Shown piece after piece: positions 38,206 through 50,088 of a stretch of DNA of 64,000 bases (positions are counted from its first letter, which is position 1; the number at the start of each line of letters is the position of its first letter). The position numbers and the translations under genes are program-made. Below the pieces are notes generated by a model. The model saw nothing but the letters and a program-made list of their open reading frames with translations. It was not told where the DNA came from and ran no database searches. Origin of the DNA: Candidatus Nitrospinota bacterium M3_3B_026 (GTDB lineage: Bacteria; Nitrospinota_A; UBA7883; JBPRGF01); the NCBI GenBank assembly GCA_051418015.1, contig JBPRGF010000003.1:32001-96000 (forward strand), written 5' to 3'.

Positions 38206-38592
38206 TCAACCCTGCCCGGCCCCGGCCTCTTCGCTCCCCGCCTCAGCCCCGGCGGCCTGTTCGCCGGACGACGCTTCCTCCGCGGCCCCGGCGGCCTGTT
38301 CGGCCTGCTTTTTCGCTTCAGCCTCCACGGACGCCTCCTCGGCTGCTTTTTTCTTTGTCTCGGCCTCTTTGGCCTTTTCCAGGTTTTTCAGGCGGCTGGC
38401 CTCCATCTTCTCTTTCTTTTCGGAGGCGGTCTTCTGCGTCTTCAGCCGCCGCTGGAGCCTTTTGACCTTTTTTCTCGCCCTGCGCAGGGCTGTGCGCTGC
38501 TCCTCGGTCAGCTCCTCCTCGCCGCTTGCGCCACTGGCGGAGACGAGGCTCTCCATGGCTTTCTCGAGCTTTTCCTGTGTTCCTTTAACCAT
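38206..38592 (-). CDS. Hypothetical basic coiled-coil protein with an Ala/Glu tail
   Basis: GGAG RBS, host-like codons. Confidence 0.65.
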   Translation of the reverse strand: MVKGTQEKLEKAMESLVSASGASGEEELTEEQRTALRRARKKVKRLQRRLKTQKTASEKKEKMEASRLKNLEKAKEAETKKKAAEEASVEAEAKKQAEQAAGAAEEASSGEQAAGAEAGSEEAGAGQG

Positions 38593-38700
38593 TATCTCCC
38601 AGACCAAAAAGTTTTTGACATGCCGTTAGTGGTTATGGAGATAATAATGGTATCATTGTCCGCCGGAAAGGCAACGATTAAAATCCATTCACCAGGACAG

Positions 38701-38937
38701 ATGCCGATATACGAGTTTCGTTGCGAAGACTGCGGCGCCGGGTTCGAAACGCTGGTCCTTTCGGCGGCGGACGCCGGGAAGGCCGCCTGCCCGGAATGCG
38801 GCGGCGTCCGGCTGGAAAAGCTTTTTTCAGTCTTCTCCCCCTCCATGCCCTCGGCCGCCACGCCGAGATGCGAGACCACCGGGAGCTGCCGGACACCGAA
38901 CCTGCCCGGCTGCCGGAGCGGGGCGTGCGGGCTCTGA
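38701..38937 (+). CDS. FmdB family zinc-ribbon protein
   Basis: MPIYEFRCEDCG..FE and CPECG motifs. Confidence 0.9.
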   Translation: MPIYEFRCEDCGAGFETLVLSAADAGKAACPECGGVRLEKLFSVFSPSMPSAATPRCETTGSCRTPNLPGCRSGACGL

Positions 38938-38971
38938 CCGATCGGCGGCAAACAGAGGAATCAGCCGGAAT

Positions 38972-39310
38972 ATGAGCGAGCTTGACAAGATAAACACAGA
39001 GATGCGGCTCTCCGCGATCAGGGCCGTCCTGCGCAACCATCCCGAGGTTCTGAAGGAGATAATCGCGCCGGACGGCCAGGGGATAAACCTCAAGGCCACG
39101 CCGGACGAGCTGGACATGATCGAGCCGATGGATATACTCGTCCGCGTGGCCTGGGATATCTGGAACGGGACCGGCGAGACGGAGTTCGACAAGGTGCTGG
39201 ACCAGCTGCCGCCGGAGGATTTCGAGGCGTTCATCGACGCCATGAAGGGGTTCGCCGAGCTGCGGCGCAGGATATGGAGCTCGTACGCCACGGGGGCGGA
39301 AAACGACTGA
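38972..39310 (+). CDS. Hypothetical protein
   Basis: Host-like codon usage; follows the fmdB-like gene. Confidence 0.7.
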   Translation: MSELDKINTEMRLSAIRAVLRNHPEVLKEIIAPDGQGINLKATPDELDMIEPMDILVRVAWDIWNGTGETEFDKVLDQLPPEDFEAFIDAMKGFAELRRRIWSSYATGAEND

Positions 39311-39554
39311 CTCCTTTCGATTGTCATTCGGGCAAAGCGAGGCATGACATTGCGCCGGCACGGAATGACAATGAGCAAAGACGGGGCATGAAAATTATTC
39401 TCGAACGATCCGAGACAGGCTCCGATCCGTTCTGGACAAGTGTCCTTTTCGGACGGCTGCCTGTTGAATTAGAATATGTTTAACGGCAAGAGGTAGATGT
39501 TTTTACCGCTTATTTTATAACGGATCGTTCCAACAAGCGGAGACCGTTTGAAAA

Positions 39555-40982
39555 ATGGCGGCCAAGTCAGACTCCGGCGTTTCCGGTAAGGCTTCAGGCA
39601 GGCGCGGCGGCGCCCTGAGCGAGTATGGGGTCAGCATGATGGCCCGGATGCCGGAGTTTCATTATCTTACCAAGACCGAGGTGGAGGACCTGACCAGGCT
39701 CGGCCCGCAGGTATACAAGCCCGGCGAGGCCATCCTCGAGTCGGGCGAGAAAAACAGGATGCTCGTGATCCTTCTTGCCGGAATATGCAGGATAGAGTAC
39801 CCCGTGGTGATGGACGGCGAGAGGAGGTGGGTCTGCGTCGAGCGGGTTCACGCCCCCGCCGTTCTGGGCGAAGTGAGCATCTTCGCCACCCGGCCGCGCT
39901 CGGCCACGGTGATAACGGACAAGAAGTCGGTGGCGATCATGGTCTCCTCCAAGGCTCTGCGGGACCGGCTCGAAGGGTCCGGGGCCACGCTGCCGCGGAT
40001 GTTCTGGAGCTTCGCCCGGCTGGGGCTCGCCAGGATCAGGAACGGCGCCGGTCGGCTCGAGCAGCTTCTCGAAAAACACCTGGGACGAAACGCGGCCGGG
40101 CGGCCGGATTATGAGACCGGGATTCTCCGCCTGGAAAAGGTCATAGGCCCCACCGCCGAAAAATCCAACGTGGATGAGGAGACCTTCGACCAGATCAGCG
40201 TTCTGCTGGAGAGGGTGGACGGCGACCTCGGCTTCGTGAGCTATCTCGACCAGATGAGCGACGGGGGATTCCCCGCCGCCGCGAATATCCCCGGCCCCGG
40301 AAAGTCCGCCCTGCCGCCCCTGGCCGCCGCCGCGCTTGAAAAGATGGCAGGTGGGGCATCGTCGATCAAGGAGAAAGTGGCGCAGGCCGCCGCGGACAAC
40401 CCCGGCCTCCTGCCCGGCGGCTGGATGGAGACCGTGCTGGAGTTCATCCGCGCCGTGGACGAAATCCACCGCCTGGCCCCGCTGGTCTACGAGGCGCGCA
40501 CGAAACGGAGCGCCCAGCCGGGGTCGGAGGAGATGATCGAGGGCTTCGCGGACAGGATCGAAAGGGAGCTGGACTCCCTCGAGGACGAGACCATGGAGCG
40601 GTTCGGGATCGAGAGCCTCGAAAAACTTCTCTCCGACAAGGAGGCCGCCGGGAGGCTGGACGGCTTCCTCAGCAGGCGGGTGAAGAAAATCAAGGCGAGG
40701 GTGTCCGTGGAGGATTTCGAGGCGGGCTCTCTGCTGGACGACTATCATCAGCCGGGCGAGGATATCCGCAACAGGGCGGCGATGGAGATTTTCAACAGGC
40801 TCAGCAGCCACCCGGTGATGAGCGTGATAATGGCCGGCTCCTGCCGGAGGGACAGAGGCTGCGCGGACAGAGGAGCGGGCGGGGGCGGATCGCTCCTGGA
40901 CTTTTTCTGCCTGGGATGCCGTCTGGCCTACCCGGACGCGGGCGAAAGGGACGCGGAAAGCAGAACACCCTATCCCGTCTGA
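39555..40982 (+). CDS. Cyclic nucleotide-binding domain protein
   Basis: N-terminal cNMP signature LGEVSIF..RPRSATV. Confidence 0.75.
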   Translation: MAAKSDSGVSGKASGRRGGALSEYGVSMMARMPEFHYLTKTEVEDLTRLGPQVYKPGEAILESGEKNRMLVILLAGICRIEYPVVMDGERRWVCVERVHAPAVLGEVSIFATRPRSATVITDKKSVAIMVSSKALRDRLEGSGATLPRMFWSFARLGLARIRNGAGRLEQLLEKHLGRNAAGRPDYETGILRLEKVIGPTAEKSNVDEETFDQISVLLERVDGDLGFVSYLDQMSDGGFPAAANIPGPGKSALPPLAAAALEKMAGGASSIKEKVAQAAADNPGLLPGGWMETVLEFIRAVDEIHRLAPLVYEARTKRSAQPGSEEMIEGFADRIERELDSLEDETMERFGIESLEKLLSDKEAAGRLDGFLSRRVKKIKARVSVEDFEAGSLLDDYHQPGEDIRNRAAMEIFNRLSSHPVMSVIMAGSCRRDRGCADRGAGGGGSLLDFFCLGCRLAYPDAGERDAESRTPYPV

Positions 40983-41042
40983 GGGGGACTATCTCAAACA
41001 GGGTTCTCGCGGGTTGCGCGGCGCTTTATGGGGAGCGGGAAA

Positions 41043-41483
41043 TCAGCCACCGTATTCTTTTCTGCCCGAGGCGACTTCCAGCCTGGCTTCGGCGCGGGCG
41101 AGCCTTGTCTCGTAATACTCCCTCTGCTCATCCTCGGCGCTCATGGAGCCGAGCTTCTCCTCGGCCTCCTTTTTGGATCGCCGGGCGCGCTCTGAGTCCA
41201 CCTGCCCCCCCTTCTCGCAGGTGCGGGCCAGGACGATGACCTTCTCGCCCGTGACCTCCACGAACCCCGCCGAAACCGCCGCCGCCCTGGGCATCCCCCC
41301 CTCGGCGTAGCGCAGGACGCCGGGGCGCAACGTCGTGAAAAAGGGCGTATGGCCGTAGAGGACGCCGAAGTCGCCCTCCAGGCCGCTCAGGGTGGCCATG
41401 TCCGCGTCGGCGTCCACGCAAAGGCCCGACGGCGTGACCACCTGCAGCCTTACGGCCTTCCCTTCGGGAGTCTCGCCGGCCAT
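41043..41483 (-). CDS. atpC: ATP synthase epsilon subunit
   Basis: VVTP, G.EGDFGVL.GH and VS.GFVEV motifs. Confidence 0.95.
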   Translation of the reverse strand: MAGETPEGKAVRLQVVTPSGLCVDADADMATLSGLEGDFGVLYGHTPFFTTLRPGVLRYAEGGMPRAAAVSAGFVEVTGEKVIVLARTCEKGGQVDSERARRSKKEAEEKLGSMSAEDEQREYYETRLARAEARLEVASGRKEYGG

Positions 41484-41486
41484 CGG

Positions 41487-42908
<1,422 letters not shown>

Positions 42909-42933
42909 TCAAAATCCTCCAGTTCGCGTTTGG

Positions 42934-43797
42934 TCAGCCTTCCAGCGCGTCGGCTCCCGTCACCACCTCGATCAGCTCCGTGGTGATCGCCGCCTGCCGG
43001 GCGCGGTTATAGTCGAGCGTCAGGCCGTCTATCATCTCCTTGGCGTTCTTCGTGGCGCCGTCCATGGCGGTCATCCTGGCGCCGTTCTCCGAGGCGGACG
43101 ACTCCAGGAGGGCCTGGTAGACCTGGTTCGTGGTGTAAAGGTCCAGCATCCTGTCCAGGATGTACCCCGCCGAGGGCTCGTAGTCGTAGTCCACGGGGCG
43201 GCGCTCCTCCGGTACCTCCTCTATAGCGATCGGGAGCAGGGAGACCGTCCGGGGTATCTGCACCACCACGTTCTTGAACTCGTTGTAGACCATGTAGACC
43301 TGGTCCACCTCCCCCTCCACGAAAAGCTTCTCCGCCGCCGCGGATATCTGCTCGGCCATGGCGTAGCTTATCCTCTTGCCATAATCCAGAAAGCTTTCCA
43401 CGACGGGCCAGGGGCGGCGCTTGAAATGATCCACGCCCTTCTTGCCCACGATCATCAGCGACACCTTTTTCCCTTCGTTTTGCTCGATGACCTTGTGGGC
43501 TGCCTTGTAGACGTTGCTGTTGAACGGCCCGCAAAGGCCCTTGTCCCCGCTCATCACGAGCACCAGGACGCTCTTCGTCTCCTCGCTTCGCCGCAACAGG
43601 GGATGGGCGTCGGGGCTGACCCTGACGGCGAAGCTCTCCATCACCTCCATAACCTTCTCGGCGTAGGGGCGCGAGGCGGTGACGGCCTCCTGGGCGCGCC
43701 GCAGCTTCGCCGCGGCCACCAGCTTCATGGCCCGGGTGATCTGCTGGGTGTTCTTGACGGAGCTTATGCGGCGCTTGATGTCCTTGAGGTTGGCCAT
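42934..43797 (-). CDS. atpG: ATP synthase gamma subunit
   Basis: IT.AMKLVAAAK and RQAAIT.EL motifs. Confidence 0.98.
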   Translation of the reverse strand: MANLKDIKRRISSVKNTQQITRAMKLVAAAKLRRAQEAVTASRPYAEKVMEVMESFAVRVSPDAHPLLRRSEETKSVLVLVMSGDKGLCGPFNSNVYKAAHKVIEQNEGKKVSLMIVGKKGVDHFKRRPWPVVESFLDYGKRISYAMAEQISAAAEKLFVEGEVDQVYMVYNEFKNVVVQIPRTVSLLPIAIEEVPEERRPVDYDYEPSAGYILDRMLDLYTTNQVYQALLESSASENGARMTAMDGATKNAKEMIDGLTLDYNRARQAAITTELIEVVTGADALEG

Positions 43798-43800
43798 GTC

Positions 43801-45318
43801 CTACTCTTGTTCCTTCTCGAACCGCCCCTTGAACTCGGCTATGGCCTTGTCGAGGTCGGCCTTTATGGAATCGGTCAGCTCCTTCTCCTTCAGGATGTTT
43901 TCCCCCACCTGCGGGTGCTTGGACTCCATGAAGGGCAAAAACTCCTCCTCGAACTTGGCCAGCGACGAGACCGGCAGGTCGTCCAGGTGGCCGTTGACGC
44001 CGCAGTAGATTATCATCACCTGCTTTTCCACCGGCAGGGGCCTGTACTGGCCCTGCTTCAGAATCTCCACCAGCCTCTCGCCGCGCAGAAGCTGCGCCTG
44101 CGTCGCCTCGTCCAGGTCAGACCCGAAGGCGGCGAAGGCGGCCAGCTCGCGGTACTGCGCAAGGTCCAGCCGCAGCCGCCCGGCGACCTGCTTGGTGGCC
44201 TTGATCTGCGCCGCGCCGCCCACGCGGGAGACGGAGATGCCAACGTTGATGGCCGGCCGCACACCGGCGTAGAAAAGATCCGACTCCAGGAATATCTGCC
44301 CGTCGGTGATGGATATGACGTTGGTCGGGATGTACGCCGAGACGTCGCCGGCCTGGGTCTCGATTATCGGGAGCGCTGTCAGCGACCCGGCCCCCAGCTC
44401 GTCGTTGAGCTTCGCGGCGCGCTCCAGCAGGCGGCTGTGCAGGTAGAAAACGTCGCCGGGATACGCCTCGCGGCCCGGCGGGCGGCGCAAAAGGAGCGAC
44501 AGCTGCCGGTAGGAGGCGGCCTGCTTGGAAAGGTCATCGTAGATTATCAGGGCGTGCTTGCCGTTGTCGCGGAACCACTCCCCGATGGCGCACCCGGCGT
44601 ATGGGGCGATGTACTGCAGCGGCGCGGGCTCGGAGGCGGTGGCGGCGACGACGGTGGTGTACTCCATAGCGCCCCTGTCCTCGAGTATCTTCACCACGTT
44701 GGCGACGGTGGAGCGTTTCTGGCCCACGGCCACGTATATGCAGTAGACGTCCAGCCCCTTCTGGTTGAGGATGGTGTCGATGGCGATGGCGCTTTTGCCG
44801 GTCTGCCGGTCGCCGATGATAAGCTCGCGCTGGCCGCGGCCTATGGGGATCATGGAGTCTATCGCCTTCAGCCCCGTCTGCAGCGGCTCGTGGACGGACT
44901 TCCGGTCGATGACGCCGGGGGCGACCCTCTCGATCGGGCCGAACTCGTCCGACTCGATCGGGCCCTTGCCGTCGATGGGCTGGCCGATGGCGTTTATCAC
45001 CCTGCCCACCAGCGCCTCGCCCACGGGCACGGAGAAGACGCGCCCGGTGCGTTTCACCTCGTCGCCTTCGTTGATCCCGATGTCCGAGCCGAAAAGGATC
45101 GAGCCGACGTTGTCCTCCTCGAGGTTCATCGCCATGCCGTAGACGCCGCCGGTGAACTCCAGCATCTCCCCGGCCAGGCAGTTCTCCAGCCCGTAGAGCC
45201 TGGCGATGCCGTCACCCACGGATATGACCGACCCGGTCTCCTTGAGCTCGAGCTCGCCTTCGAACCCCTCGATCTGCCGCTTGATTATCGAGCTTATCTC
45301 TTCCGCGTTTATAGCCAT
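43801..45318 (-). CDS. atpA: ATP synthase alpha subunit
   Basis: GDRQTGKS and [13 protein letters not shown] motifs. Confidence 0.99.
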   Translation of the reverse strand: MAINAEEISSIIKRQIEGFEGELELKETGSVISVGDGIARLYGLENCLAGEMLEFTGGVYGMAMNLEEDNVGSILFGSDIGINEGDEVKRTGRVFSVPVGEALVGRVINAIGQPIDGKGPIESDEFGPIERVAPGVIDRKSVHEPLQTGLKAIDSMIPIGRGQRELIIGDRQTGKSAIAIDTILNQKGLDVYCIYVAVGQKRSTVANVVKILEDRGAMEYTTVVAATASEPAPLQYIAPYAGCAIGEWFRDNGKHALIIYDDLSKQAASYRQLSLLLRRPPGREAYPGDVFYLHSRLLERAAKLNDELGAGSLTALPIIETQAGDVSAYIPTNVISITDGQIFLESDLFYAGVRPAINVGISVSRVGGAAQIKATKQVAGRLRLDLAQYRELAAFAAFGSDLDEATQAQLLRGERLVEILKQGQYRPLPVEKQVMIIYCGVNGHLDDLPVSSLAKFEEEFLPFMESKHPQVGENILKEKELTDSIKADLDKAIAEFKGRFEKEQE

Positions 45319-45337
45319 CTTCTAAAATCCCTCTCCA

Positions 45338-45871
45338 TCAGCGAAGCCCCACCTTCAGGGCCTTGAGCTGGTTTCTGACGCTGCCGTCGTACACCATGCT
45401 TCCTATCCTCGCCACGATCCCGCCGATCAGCGAAGGATCGACCTTTACCTCCAGGACGGCTTTTCTGCCGGTGATCTCGCCGAATTTCCTCTCCAGCGCC
45501 GCCGTCTCCTCCGCGCCCGGCTCGAGCGCGCTCGCCACCTCCACCCGGACCTTGCCCAGCCTGTCGAAGGATATCTTCCCGGCCTGGGCGGCTATGTCGG
45601 AAAGAAGCGTCGTCCTGCCGTTTTTCAGGATGACCCGCGCCGTGGCGGCCGTCTTCTGGCTCACCCCGGTTTTTTCGAGTATCTCGCCGAGAATCCCGCT
45701 CTTGACCGCGGCGGGAACGGCGGGGTTCGCCATCACGCCGCGAAGCGGGCGGCTTTCGGCGAAGGCGGCCGCGAGGGCCTTGAGCTCCTCCACGGCCTTT
45801 TCCAGCTCGTCCGTCTCGGCGGCGTCCACGAAGGCGGTGGCGTACCTCTTCGCGGCAAGCAGGTCCTTCAA
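45338..45871 (-). CDS. atpH: ATP synthase delta subunit
   Basis: AKRYA and VDPSLIGG..ARIGS.VYDGS motifs. Confidence 0.95.
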   Translation of the reverse strand: MKDLLAAKRYATAFVDAAETDELEKAVEELKALAAAFAESRPLRGVMANPAVPAAVKSGILGEILEKTGVSQKTAATARVILKNGRTTLLSDIAAQAGKISFDRLGKVRVEVASALEPGAEETAALERKFGEITGRKAVLEVKVDPSLIGGIVARIGSMVYDGSVRNQLKALKVGLR

Positions 45872-46437
45872 TTCACCCTCTCCATCTTTTCGAGATAGTT
45901 TTCGACGAGCTTTTTCTGGTCCTCGGGCCCGAGGTTCTTCTTCAATATCTCTTCCGCCAGTTCCACCGCCGCCCCGGCGGCCTCTTTCATGAGCTTTTCC
46001 CTGGCGGCCCTGGTCTCCATGCCGATCCTTTCCGAGGCTTTTTCCATGATCTTCTCCGCCGCCTCCTCGGCCTGGGCGATGGCCCTCTTTCTTATCAGCT
46101 CACCCTCGGCCTCGGCCTCTTTTCGGATCTTCTCCGCCTCCGCCCCGGCGGCGGCGAGCCTCTTTTCGTATTCGGCCAGCTTCGTCTCCGCCTGGCGGCG
46201 GGACTCCTCTATGGAGGCGAACCTGTCGGCTATGCTCTCCGCCCGTTTCTGGAAAAAGGGCTTGCCGTAACGGACCAGCATCCACCCCACAAGGCCGAGG
46301 ACAACACCCGCGTTCAGGATCCTGCCCCCGTCGCGCGCCCAGTCCCAGTTCTCGGCGTGCTCCAGCCCGGCGGCGTGGGCCGCGCCCGCGGCGGCCAGCA
46401 GAATGACCGGCGATAATACGGGGACTCGGCGGATCAT
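45868..46437 (-). CDS. atpF: ATP synthase F0 b subunit
   Basis: TM helix plus coiled coil; operon position. Confidence 0.88.
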   Translation of the reverse strand: MIRRVPVLSPVILLAAAGAAHAAGLEHAENWDWARDGGRILNAGVVLGLVGWMLVRYGKPFFQKRAESIADRFASIEESRRQAETKLAEYEKRLAAAGAEAEKIRKEAEAEGELIRKRAIAQAEEAAEKIMEKASERIGMETRAAREKLMKEAAGAAVELAEEILKKNLGPEDQKKLVENYLEKMERVN

Positions 46438-46865
46438 GGGCTGACCCTCCTTCCCAGTATCTTCCCGGCCAGCGACGAGGCGAGGTCGCCGATCTGTTTC
46501 TTGAGCGCCCGGGAGGCGGACTCCACCTCGCCGTTGACCTCTTCCATCGCCTTGTCGAACTTCTCGTTGAAGCGGCGGCGGGCGTCCTCGATCACCCGGG
46601 ATGAGGCGTCCTGCGCATCGGAGCGGGCGGAGTTTACTATCCTGGCGGCCTCGCGGCGGGTATCCACAATCATCTTCTCGTATTCGGCGAGGGCTTTCTC
46701 ACTTCTCCCGGCGACTTCCCTGGCGCCGTCCTCCAGCTCCTTGATCCTGCGCTCGCGCTCCTCCACGGCCCGCAGGACGGGCTTGAAGATGAAGCTGTTC
46801 AAAAACCACAGCAGCAGAAGAAAGTTTACAGCCTGTACACCGAGTGTGAAGTTTATGTCAATCAT
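46434..46865 (-). CDS. ATP synthase F0 b' subunit
   Basis: TL.VQ.VNFL.L...LN...FKP motif. Confidence 0.88.
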   Translation of the reverse strand: MIDINFTLGVQAVNFLLLLWFLNSFIFKPVLRAVEERERRIKELEDGAREVAGRSEKALAEYEKMIVDTRREAARIVNSARSDAQDASSRVIEDARRRFNEKFDKAMEEVNGEVESASRALKKQIGDLASSLAGKILGRRVSP

Positions 46866-47032
46866 TCAAGACATTCCCGCAGGGCTACAGGATCCAAAAA
46901 AAACGCGCCGATCCTCCAAACGATCAGGACCGGCCCCCCTCGCGCGATCCGGCCCAGCCGTCCGCCGGGCCGGCGCGGCGCCTTCCGCCCCCCTTCGGCC
47001 GGAAGCGGGCCTTTGACGCATTAAAGCTGGAA

Positions 47033-47061
47033 AGTGTAATCCTTTTTGGAACACTTTGCAA
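47033..47061 (-). promoter_or_regulatory. Putative sigma70 promoter of the atp operon
   Basis: TTGCAA-N17-TACACT. Confidence 0.5.
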
Positions 47062-47130
47062 CGGATAAAATCGCCGCCGCCCCTCGCCTCCTCCGGCGGA
47101 CGCCGCGAAGCGGGCAGCAGGCTTGATATA

Positions 47131-47207
47131 TGGGGTGAGCGACGGGATTTGAACCCGCGGCCACTGGAGCCACAATCCAGCGCTCTACCGGCTGAGCTAC
47201 GCCCACC
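47131..47207 (-). tRNA. tRNA-His(GUG)
   Basis: Cloverleaf with GTG anticodon, GGTTCAAATCC T-loop, encoded G-1, C73 and CCA. Confidence 0.97.
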
Positions 47208-47320
47208 ACCGAAAAAATAATTAAAGCATCCCGAAAAAGCTTTATCAACCCAAATCTCGGGCTGCCGGGCCGAACGGCCCACGGAAAAGATTCCGCGTCC
47301 TGTAAAAGCTCCGCCGCCGG

Positions 47321-48505
47321 TCACCTCTTTCCGCCGGCCTCCTCCCCCCTGACGCCGCCCACCAGGAAGACCGCCGCCACCGAGGCGGCCAGCAGCGCCG
47401 GGAACACCCCGCGCCCGCCGTTCAGCCATCCCGCGGCCAGCCCCCCGGCGAAGGTGCCGGAGAACTGGCAGAGGTTGAACACTCCTATGACGGCGCCCTT
47501 GCCGGCCGGGTCGGCCAGCTTGGAGACGGCGGCGGGGAGCGTCGCCTCCAGCACCGAGAACCCGGCGAAGAAGACCGCGAACCCCGCCAGCAGAACCCAT
47601 AGAGTCGCCGCCGCCGAGAGGATCAGGAAAGCCAGCGCCAGCGCCATGAACGCCGCCGTCATCACGCCCCGGGCCGAGCCCCTGTCCGCCCTGGCCGAGG
47701 AGACGCCCATGGCCGCCGCGCCCATGACGCTCAAGGGGATATAGACCTTCCACAGCTCCCCCATCCCGAAATATTCCGACAGCCTGATGGGCACGGTGAA
47801 AAATGCCCCGATCATGCAGAAGTTGACCAGAAACCCCGCCGCGTCCAGCCGCAGAAGGTCCGGCGTGAAAGCGGCCCTGGCGATCCCCGCCGGGTTGAGC
47901 CCCGGCCCCGCCGGCCCGTGGCGCCCGGACGGGGGAGGCTCGCCCAGAACGGCGACGGTGATGTATATGGCCACGGCCGACAGCGCCGCCGCCACCCAGA
48001 AAAGAAACGGAACACCCATGACGCCCCCCGCCACGGGACCCAGGATCATCCCCAGCACCACGCCGCCGCCTATGGATATCCCCATGAAGGCCATGGCCCT
48101 GTTCCGCCGGGACTCCTCGGTGAGGTCGGCTATCCACGCGAAACAGGCCGATGCTATCGCCCCAGCGCCCTGCAGAAAACGGGCGGCTATCAGCACGTAG
48201 ATGTTCGACGTGAGCGCCGCGATCACGCTGCCCACCCCGAAGACGAAAAGGCCGGAGGCCACAACCGGCTTGCGGCCGAACTTGTCGGAAAGATACCCGA
48301 AAGGTATCTGCAACAGCGCCTGGGTAAGACCGTAGATCCCGAAAGCGAGCCCGGCCAGGATGGAGCTGGAGCCGGGCAGGCCGATGGCGTAGACGGAAAA
48401 GACGGGGATCAAAAGCGAAAGACCCAGCATCCTGAGGCCAATGACCGCGGAGAGACCGGCTATGGCCCTCCGCTCGCCGGACATGAAACCTGTCTGCTCC
48501 GTCAT
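47321..48505 (-). CDS. MFS transporter (YajR-like)
   Basis: LRMLG, QIPFG.LSDKFGRK motifs; many TM helices. Confidence 0.88.
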   Translation of the reverse strand: MTEQTGFMSGERRAIAGLSAVIGLRMLGLSLLIPVFSVYAIGLPGSSSILAGLAFGIYGLTQALLQIPFGYLSDKFGRKPVVASGLFVFGVGSVIAALTSNIYVLIAARFLQGAGAIASACFAWIADLTEESRRNRAMAFMGISIGGGVVLGMILGPVAGGVMGVPFLFWVAAALSAVAIYITVAVLGEPPPSGRHGPAGPGLNPAGIARAAFTPDLLRLDAAGFLVNFCMIGAFFTVPIRLSEYFGMGELWKVYIPLSVMGAAAMGVSSARADRGSARGVMTAAFMALALAFLILSAAATLWVLLAGFAVFFAGFSVLEATLPAAVSKLADPAGKGAVIGVFNLCQFSGTFAGGLAAGWLNGGRGVFPALLAASVAAVFLVGGVRGEEAGGKR

Positions 48506-48679
48506 CGCCTCTTTCGAAAATAAAACTGATATATTAACGCTCACGGGGCCGCTCAGGCCAAATTATTTTCTTCGCGGGGAGGCGATGTCATAAGGATCCC
48601 GCCCGCCCTTGCCAGCCCCGGCGGGAGTTTTTTAAGTTGGGGTCCGAAGCCCTCCCGCCCCCGCGGCACCCAACAACAT

Positions 48680-48765
48680 CCCCTCCCCTGGAGGGAGGGG
48701 ACTAAAGGGGAGGGGGTATAAATAAAATACACCCCCACCCAGCCCTCCCCTGGAAGGGGGGAGGA
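48680..48765. repeat. CCCTCCCC-type REP-like hairpin
   Basis: ccctcccctggagggagggg...ccctcccctggaaggggggagg. Confidence 0.7.
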
Positions 48766-48790
48766 GAAGGCTGCCCCGCGCGCGGCACGC

Positions 48791-49750
48791 TCAGCCGCAC
48801 TCCTGCTCCTTGCCCGGCTCCACGTTGACGCTTCCGCTCTCGGAGTCGATGTAATTGCCGCCGAGGTCCGCCACGTTAAGCTCCCAGTAGTAACGCCCGT
48901 ACTCGGAGATCGTATAGGTGAAGCAGATGGTCCCGTCGCCGCGGACGATATGGGTCTGGGTCTCGCCGCCTATGCCGCCTGGGTTGTTTTTGTTGGGGCC
49001 TATACTGAAGGTGAACTGCAAGCCCTCCGAAGGCATGTTGGACAGCTCGAAGCAGACCTTGATGTAGCTTACGCCGTCGCCGTGGGTGTAGCCTTCGCAC
49101 TTGGTGGTGACGGAAGGCGCCGGGGCCGAGTCGCCATCGAACGACGCGAGGAAGGCCCTGAATACCTCCATTTGCGAGGCGGCGCCGGAGTCCGGGTAAA
49201 TGTCCGGCGTGTCATGGAAAAGCAAAAAGCCAAAGACTTCCAGGGCGCCGTAGCCGGAATGGTAGCCGGTCTCTTCCTTGCTGAACGTCCAGCCATGGGG
49301 GGGGTCATTGGTTTGCTGGTAGGGGATCGGCGAAGCGGCCCCGGGCGCCGTCCAGGCCGTGATCCCGAGGCTGCTGAGCAGATACTCGCCGCACGGGGGG
49401 ACCCCGTCGGCCAGAAGCTCGGTCTGGAACTCGACGTATAGCCCGTCGTCCGTGACCGTCTCGGAGACTATGCTGCTAACGTTGAAGCAGACGCCGCCCT
49501 TGCCGTAGTTGGCGTAGTAGGGCGGGTCTATGAAGGTGTGTATTTCCAGGCTCTCGGCGTCGTAGCTTCGCGCGCTCCGCGCCTCGGCGGTCTCCACGCT
49601 GGTGACCTTGTAGGTTCCTTTCAGTTGGGACATGCTGGTAAGCGCCTCGTCCGAGGAGCCGCCGCCTCCGCCGCCGGAGCATCCGGCGAGGGGGGCCAGG
49701 AGGGCGAGAAAAATTAATGAGAATGAAAACCCGGCCAGCCGTGGGCTCAT
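48791..49750 (-). CDS. Hypothetical lipoprotein
   Basis: Lipobox LAGC followed by a Gly/Ser linker. Confidence 0.7.
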   Translation of the reverse strand: MSPRLAGFSFSLIFLALLAPLAGCSGGGGGGSSDEALTSMSQLKGTYKVTSVETAEARSARSYDAESLEIHTFIDPPYYANYGKGGVCFNVSSIVSETVTDDGLYVEFQTELLADGVPPCGEYLLSSLGITAWTAPGAASPIPYQQTNDPPHGWTFSKEETGYHSGYGALEVFGFLLFHDTPDIYPDSGAASQMEVFRAFLASFDGDSAPAPSVTTKCEGYTHGDGVSYIKVCFELSNMPSEGLQFTFSIGPNKNNPGGIGGETQTHIVRGDGTICFTYTISEYGRYYWELNVADLGGNYIDSESGSVNVEPGKEQECG

Positions 49751-49844
49751 GTTCCTTCTCCCTTAAATGAAGATTTGGAATAAGTATAGTCTAAAAATCC
49801 CCCGCGGCGGCAAAACCATGATTCCCGGATACGCTCTTTTAATT

Positions 49845-50033
49845 TCCCCTCCCCCGGCGGGAGAGGATTTTGAGGGATGGCTCCAGGTCTGCTTTTTCTC
49901 CCCCTTTATAAGGGGGAGTGGCCCGACGGGCCGAGGGGGTAAGTGGAAAAAAACAAGGATTACCTCCCCGCCGCTTCGCGCCACCCCTCCTTGTAACGGA
50001 GGGGAAATTATCCCTCCCCCGTCAAGGGGGGAA
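49845..50033. repeat. Cluster of CCCTCCCC-type REP-like hairpins
   Basis: Several tcccc...gggga inverted repeats. Confidence 0.65.
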
Positions 50034-50088
50034 AACGTAAAAGCGTCAAAAAGAGAAGATGGCGCGCTGAATATGTAGAATATAAAGA

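Noticed and set aside
47100..47210. tRNA-His as an island integration site
   Set aside because: There is no integrase, and I saw no duplicated tRNA 3' end in the window.
49760..50088. oriC next to mnmG
   Set aside because: I saw no DnaA boxes; the gap is filled with REP-like hairpins.
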